Assembly (NCBI GenBank): GCA_002269645.1 | Contig: NIVC01003853.1 | Coordinates: forward strand, 9,697 to 73,696 | DNA length: 64,000 bases | Reading direction: 5' to 3' | Source of the DNA: Macrostomum lignano | Taxonomy: Eukaryota | Shown: one piece after another, positions 57,200-64,000 of the stretch | Position numbering within the stretch: the first letter of the stretch is position 1 | Layout of the letters: every line of letters starts with the position of its first letter | Notes under the pieces: generated by a model | What the model was told of the DNA's origin: nothing | Database searches by the model: none | What the model saw: only the letters and a program-made list of their open reading frames with translations | Made by a program: the position numbers and the translations under genes

Positions 57200-57395
57200 G
57201 GGAAGGAGCAGGGTGTTATGGGGAGGAAGCAGGGTGTTATAGAAGAGAGCAGGGTGTTATGTAAGAGAGCAGGGTGTTACGGAAGAGAGCAGGGTGTTAT
57301 GGAAGAAAGCAGGGTGTTACGGAAGAGAGCAGGGTGTTATAGAAGAGAGCAGGGTGTTATGGAAGAAAGCAGGGTGTTACGGAAGGGAGCAGGGT
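57200..57395. repeat. ~20-bp repeat (gaagagagcagggtgttat/c)
   Basis: About 9 degenerate copies. Confidence 0.85.
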
Positions 57396-58134
57396 GTGGA
57401 AAGGAGCAGCCCTTGGGCGACAAGTGTTCTACAAGAATAATTTATGCAAGCTATTGTTTATATATGCATATAATACAAACAATATTTAGTTGCATTTATC
57501 AGAGTTGTACAAATCTATTATATCAGTTTTCATCTGATACTGTTACACTGAGAACCTGACGCAGTTGATTTCAACTTTTACAATGCAACCAAACCCACGT
57601 ATACGAGTCCAAGGACTGCTGTCGCAGGACGCTGGCACTCGAAAATCGTGCAAAGTTCACAGGAGGCCGGTTCCGGTTGTCCGCGGTAAGAATCGAAATA
57701 AAAATACGCAAAACTGTCGCACTTTTAGTTTTCTTGTGAAACAACTGACGATACGAAAATAATCTAAAAATATTCACGGAGTCTGTGATGGTCAGAGTCA
57801 GAGATGGTCAGATGGTCAGATGGTCAGGTTGTGAGTGAGCTCGAGTTTATGAGTCTGCACCCTGACGCCAGTAAATACAGTTGGGTGCTCGGAAAAATGT
57901 CTTTTTTCTGCGGTTTGAGTTCACTCAGACTGAGTGGGACCACTGATGCGATTTTAGAAGCTTCTGAGTGAGTACTGCAGTATTCCATGTGCTTTCTACG
58001 ATTTTGTTTCTCGTATTTGTGCAATGCGCAGTCTAGCCATCCTACGAGCTTTTTATTCGTGCTTTGTTTCTTCGGTTAACTTCTATTCTAAGCGCACACA
58101 AGGACAACTTAAGTAGAAGGACGCAACACTCGAA

Positions 58135-58598
58135 ATGTGCGCTCAAGGACTACTCAAGTAACATATATATATAGGACGCTAAACTCGAAATTTATGGTAA
58201 ATGTTTTGAAGGCAACTTTTCGCCGAAAAATACACTACAGAGATAGGAGGTTTTAATTTTTTCAGCACAAAAATTGTTATTGCTTTTGATAGGAGGCAGA
58301 TCCAATGTTCATCTTTTGATATGTTGTGCCTTTCTTATTGCTCTATCGATATTCATAAAGCTTTTCGTTCAGAAATAGTTTTAAAGGCAGGTTTTGCCGG
58401 AATAATACACTACGGAGATAGGAAATTTCACGATTTTCAACACTAAAACAGTGATTGGGTCTCTTAACAGTGTCTGATTAAGTACCTCCTATCTCTGTAG
58501 TGTATTTTTCGGCGAAAAGTTGCCTTCAAAACATTTACCATAAATTTCGAGTGTAGCCTCCTATATATATGTTACTTGAGAAGTCCTTGAGCGCATAT
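58135..58598. mobile_element. Foldback/MITE with ~115-bp inverted arms
   Basis: 58135-58251 is near reverse-complementary to 58484-58598; partial internal copy at ~58384-58425. Confidence 0.8.
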
Positions 58599-59600
58599 TG
58601 CTTGAATTATGGGAAACAAACTTTACCCAGACCCCTGGCTCTGAGAGGGAAGCAAGGAACTACTGACCAGTTTCCTCTCCTGGTCTCCAGCCAAGACAGG
58701 CAATCGTTTTAGCAAGAATTTCGGATTGTCGCTTTCATAATTCTGAAATTTCATAACGCCGAAAATTCTGCATGGTTCTTCACAAGACTGAAACTTCATA
58801 AGACCGAAAGTTCACATCATAGAAAACTTGATATAACACAGACCATGGCGAATTTTCGGCGTTGTGAAATCATTTTATAATTATTTTCATTCAAAAAGAT
58901 TGGAATCTCCAAAGAACTTAGAACTCCATAGAACTAAGCTCTAACCACTCTGAAATTCACCATTCTGAGAACGTCTGCGGCTACGTGAGACCTTTTGGAC
59001 AAAAGTGCAGCCCCGGAAACAAGAAGCATCGATAACAGGCATCCAAGAGTGGGCAACAGTGATCAGTGATCATTGACAAGCGCAATCACTTCATTGATCA
59101 CATTTATTTAGATCTCTCTATTGTAGCTATAGGGATTCCAAAATCCTCAATCCCCAAAGTCCACTATTCACAATCCCGGGATTGGAAGGCCTAGCTGTAG
59201 CTCTCATAAAATAAGTCAGACTTGAACTGGAGGAGTCTTGCCAAAGTGGAAACAAAGCGGACAGGGGTGGAGATGGGACGGGAACACCTGGGGTCGGGAC
59301 GAGAGGGATACAATTCTGCTGCTCACTCATAGGCTTCCCGAGAACCATAATGAGGATTTCAGTCCGGGGAATTGCCGCGGAATTCCGTAGAGGCTGCTCG
59401 GAGAATTGTCAAAATTCCGTGCACCCAAACTGTACTCGTACGAGAGCTTGCTCAGTGCTGCGTACAGCGAAGTGTCATCACCAAAAATAGACCATGGGTT
59501 TTCCACGGAAATTTTGTTACATCTGATGTTTTATTGGCATCCATCTGCTAAAAGAATGATTAAACCTTTCCTCTGCTTCACACTGCTAGTGACATTCAGC

Positions 59601-60239
59601 ATGTCTTATTCCTATTGGTGCAACTCAAAAGATAAAGGCAATCTGAAATATTACAAAACCCAGTCATTTCGCAGAGACTACACGGCCCGCGAGTTGCAAA
59701 GCAAGAGAATGTTGATCCATGGGTTCATCGAAGATGAGCTTGAGTCCGCCATCATGTCAACAGACTTGACCAACTACGAGGTCCTTTCGCTGGGCCTCGT
59801 AGCGACGCCTTGGCTGTTTTGGACGTGTTCCGGTCCGTCAGCGAGACAGAGAGCCTCAGCGATCTTGACGTCAGCGTCACCATGGTTGATCTGTTTCAAT
59901 GGCCTCTGGAGCCAATTCGAGAGGAATTTTCCGCTATTAGAGATGAGGGAAGAATCAACCAACTTTCAGGAATCTATTACTCTGATAAGAGCATGGAAGA
60001 CTATGTGGATGACATCTGGAGCTCAGACCAGTTCTTTGACTTCATCATCTTGAGCTTCGCTGAAGTGAAGACGAAAACCAACTTCGTAGTTCGATCAGCA
60101 GCTGCCGGAGCTGCTGCAGGGCGATGCCAGCAAGATTTTCATCATTGACAACGACATTCGGGAGGTGCACCGACTGGAGGGTTGCGGCTTTCGTTGCGTC
60201 GCTACTGATGGTGGAACCACGTTCTATGTGTACGACTGA
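59601..60239 (+). pseudogene. Methyltransferase paralogue pseudogene
   Basis: SKDKGNLKYY...VLSLG, then a frameshifting deletion through motif I (~59795) and a second frameshift at ~60092. Downstream frames give FDFIILSFAEVK and QQLPELLQGDASKIFIIDN. Confidence 0.8.
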
Positions 60240-61246
60240 GAGACTTACAGAGGACTGCCTCTTACTCTACCAGATGCATCTGCGTGAGCTCAAGGCCGAC
60301 TTATCCATTGTTCATTCGGATTTTCAAGCCCTTTTTTGCGTAAATTTGTCACACTTACAAAACATTGAAGCCGAGGAGGTTTGCATTGCACTCGTGCTAA
60401 CACAGTCGATCCGGTATCCCTGTTGGTATCTCAACTGTAGTTTTGTAACTGGCTATCGCCGGCGGCCAGTGCGGCTGGTAAGCCCTGTGACGCTTTTCTT
60501 ATTTTCTTTGAAAGCTTTGAGAACAGTGCAAATTTTTGTTGCAATTTCAATTTTTTTCTTCTTTCGCTCGTAGTTGTTATTGTAGGCGCCTAAAATTTTC
60601 ATAATTTTTGTTTGCTATTGTCAGTGTTTGTCAAAGTTTGTATTGTCAAAGCTGATGAGCGATTTTTACTACATATTATATTTTTATTTGCATTTTACAA
60701 CATAATTTAGCCCTTTTATCTAAATATAGCAGTAAATGTTAAAATATAATCTTTATTTCTAAAAAATCTCATCTTTCTTCTTTCTTCTTCTTTTTGAAAT
60801 AATTTGACAAATAAATTTGAATGCTGGCGACATGAAAAAAAATCATTTTAAAAACTTCTTACTATTTTAATGAGCAATGTTATAAGAAAGGGATGCATTG
60901 CAGAATGATTTTACAACCGAAATTTACTGTAGCAAATGGGCAGAATGGTGAAGCATTGCGATGCAGATCATTACGGAAATTTGAGCTGTACAGTTCAAAC
61001 AGAAGCCGCTCCGAGGTAAAAAGGCGCAATTAGATTGTTTTTTTAATTTATGGTCTAAAAATTTTTGTGAAATACCTTTTAATAGGTTTCTGAACAGCAA
61101 ACAACTCGGGTTCATGCTTAAAGTACACTTGCACTTGGGCATTCGGCTAAAAAGTACATCGTAATCTACATACCGGAGGCGCGCGAGCTTATCCGCTACT
61201 TTGGAAGTTGCTTTTGTTTTTGTACTCGTAGAAAAAAAGAGGCTTT

Positions 61247-64000
61247 TCAGGCCGCAGTCTCGGCCGGCTGGGCCGCGGTTGCCATGGCAACGGCATCGTC
61301 AACGTCCTCGGCCGGCGACTCGATCAGCGCCGGCGGCGATGCGGCGAAGGCGGCCACCGCGGCGATGGTCGTCGATGCTGGGGAGGCGGTCGAGGCGGAC
61401 GGCGAAGCGGCGACGGGCGCGGGCGGCAGCAGCGCCACTTGAGAGCCGGCATCGGCAGCCGCGACTTCGGCCTCGCCGTCGGCGTCAAGCGGAGGCAGAA
61501 GCTGCGGCGAGGCCGGCCCTCGGGCCCGCAGCTGCTGCTGCTGCTGGCTGGAGGACAGTGCGCTGCCCAGCGACTCGAAGCTGCCGCCGACGCCGCCAAC
61601 GCCTCCACAGCGGCTGCAGCATCGGCCACCTCCACCGCCGCCACCGCCGCCGATGCCTCGGAGGCTGCCAGCGACGGATGCGGATGCCGAGGCGGAGAGG
61701 AGCAGCGAGTTGGCGGGCCGCAGGAACTGGTGGTGCTGATGGTGGTGGTGGTGGTGGTTGGCAGGCGAGCTGAGGCCTGACGAGCCGGCAACGCCGCCAT
61801 TGCAGCGGCCGTGGGAGAAGTACTGCAGGCCGTTGGGCCCGGAGTAGACGCAGTAGGGGCTGTGGTCCGGGATCAGGTCCGGCGGATTGGCGGCAGAGTT
61901 CCAATCGGAAGTGTCCCAGTGGTAGCCTGCGGAGACGGTGATGGTGAGGTGACATTGAGCTCACGGATGCCTGATAGCCACTTTCACCTGGTAAGTTTCC
62001 AGTGGGCTCTATTGGCTGGTTAAAGCTGCGACACTTCTAGCTCTCTATTACGCCTGTTAAAGCTGTTATTCTAGAATTTCTGTGTTAAAATGTCAAACAA
62101 GCCTACTACTGGCAGTAGAGTAGCGCAGTTATTATGCAGTAAAAAATAACTAAAAGTAAAAATACCGATTAACAAATAATCAGACAGCGAGTTTATAACA
62201 AAATAGAAGTTTATGGCATTGTTATCGGTTTTAGCACGGGTGTTAGAGCCACCTCTTCTCCCAGGCCAGCCAAATTCTCTGCAATTGTCACCTCTGCGGA
62301 TCCAGCAGCTGCACTGCCAGCCGTGGCCGCACGGAGCCGCCCGGCCGCCTGGCGAGTTGAGTTGGAAATTCGGTTTTTTGGAAAATCTCGATCTCACAAT
62401 TACCGCTGTTGCCCATTGTCGGCTTACGTAAGTGGGAAACAAAACAAAAAATGCTACCATTTATTGACCGGCCTACTTATAGTAAGACATCCAAGACATT
62501 TCCAGGCTTACTTTGGGATGGGGATATCAACTTTGTGCTTAAGTACAACACAAAGAACTGGACGGGCTCAGCTGCTCACTCAGAGACTGAGAGGATGGAC
62601 TCAGCTGCTCACTCAGAGACTGAGAGGATGGACTCAGCTGCTCACTCAGAGACTGAGAGGATGGACTCAGCTGCTCACTCAGAGACTGAGAGGATGGGCT
62701 CAGCTGCTCACTCAGGGACTGAGAGAATGGACTCTGCTGCTCACTCAGGGACAAAGAGGATGGGCTCAGCTGCTCACTCGGGGACAAAGAGGATGGGCTC
62801 AGCTGATAACTCAGGGACAGAGAGGATGGACTCAGCTGATAACTCAGGGACTGAGAGGATGGACTCAGCTGATAACTCAGGGACTGAGAGGATGGACTCA
62901 GCTGATAACTCAGGGACAGAGAGGATGGACTCAGCTGATAACTCAGGGACAGAGAGGATGGGCTCAGCTGATAACTCAGGGACAGAGAGGATGGACTCAG
63001 CTGCTCACTCAGGGACTGAGAGGATGGGCTCAGCTGATAACTCAGGGACTGAGAGGATGGACTCAGCTGATAACTCAGGGACTGAGAGGATGGGCTCAGC
63101 TGATAACTCAGGGACTGATAGGATGGGCTCAGCTGATAACTCTAAAGACTAGAGGATGGACTCAGCTGATAACTCAGGGACTGAGAGGATGGACTCAGCT
63201 GCTCACTCAGGGACTGAGAGGATGGACTCAGCTGCTCACTCAGGACTGAGAGGATGGACTCAGCTGCTCACTCAGGGACTGAGAAGATGGACTCAGCTGC
63301 TCACTCGGGGACTCGTGTAGGACCTGACACCCCTCCCCCCACTGTAGGGGTGTCAGGTCCCTACAAGAATAAAACAGACGCATCTGGGAGCGCATCTCTA
63401 ACCGCTAAAGCAGACAGCCATCTAACTAATGCAATAATAACACATTTACAGCGTCATAATTATGGTTGTAGAAAACTCAATTCTAGACACGGACGAAGAG
63501 CACAGTGGTAGCGGAGTAGCGCTGAAGAACTTAAACAAATGATTAATCATGGTTCAGGTGTGCGCAGAGTTTACTTGTCTGAGCTGGAATTGCTGCGCGA
63601 AGCTGCCAGCCGCTGCAGCCCTGAAATGCGAGCTCAAAATAGCAGCGAACGGACAGGTGCGTTACTAATTAGATGACGAGGTGTTCGGCTTGCTAACTGC
63701 TATGAAAGTTACTCCCGCCGTTTACCCGCGCAGCTCGGCTCACCTTGCTCATCGATTAGAAAGTCGCCCAGGCCGCCGCCGACTTCACCAACTCCCGACG
63801 ATGCCGGCAGCCGCACCTGGGGAACCTCGGCGGTAGCCGCCGCCGCCACCGCGGGGGTCAGGCAGCGGGTGGGGTCCGGCGGCGGACTCAGCCACCAGCT
63901 GCTGGGGTAGCGGCCGTTGCCGATGGCGGTGGCCGCTGTTGACGACGGAGGCCGCGGCCGCTCGTAGCAGGCGTAGGTCGGGCTGGGTCCCGCCGAGCCC
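61247..64000 (-). CDS. FAT-like: Last two exons (cytoplasmic tail) of a FAT-like protocadherin; the gene continues beyond the window
   Basis: Exon >64000-63744 splices in phase to 61926-61247, giving ...DEQ|GYHWDTSDW, the conserved intracellular motif of FAT1/FAT3/Fat-like (Kugelei) cadherins, recalled rather than searched. Confidence 0.78.
62568..63310. repeat. 33-bp intronic minisatellite (ggactcagctgctcactcagggactgagaggat)
   Basis: About 22 copies in the last FAT intron. Confidence 0.95.

Noticed and set aside
51455-60239. MTase genes nested in a Slo intron
   Set aside because: A phase-compatible first Slo coding exon (MDDDKTL, 50526-50507) was found, so the MTases appear intergenic unless 5'-UTR exons lie further upstream.
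62323-63511. 308-aa and 247-aa plus-strand repeat ORFs
   Set aside because: A 33-bp minisatellite in the last intron of the FAT-like gene.

Overview
Repeat-rich eukaryotic (invertebrate animal) genomic window. GC-rich exons, GT-AG introns (some under 50 nt) and dense minisatellites suggest a flatworm such as Macrostomum, but this is inference only. Contents in order: (1) two paralogous minus-strand genes for an uncharacterised Cys-rich type I membrane glycoprotein (3493-11758 and 26389-39807); (2) a 6-exon minus-strand gene (16500-19397) with a death-fold-like N-terminus fused to a class I SAM-methyltransferase; (3) an intact, young Ty3/Gypsy LTR retrotransposon (28969-37473; GTAT TSD, tRNA-His PBS, gag, -1 frameshifted pol) in intron 2 of the second membrane-protein gene, carrying a complete DnaJ/J-domain ORF (HPD motif) in the env position; (4) a 17-exon Slo/BK-family K+ channel gene (42377-50526, minus) with no calcium bowl and two apparent frame lesions; (5) three intronless paralogues of the same methyltransferase (51455, 56121, and a pseudogene at 59601); (6) the last two exons of a FAT-like protocadherin (minus); plus Tc1/mariner, hAT-like, LINE and foldback remnants and many tandem repeats. 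The best candidate for a new system is the J-domain-carrying Gypsy element, followed by the death-fold/methyltransferase family. All gene models were built by eye from splice consensus and phase compatibility; no database searches were run.
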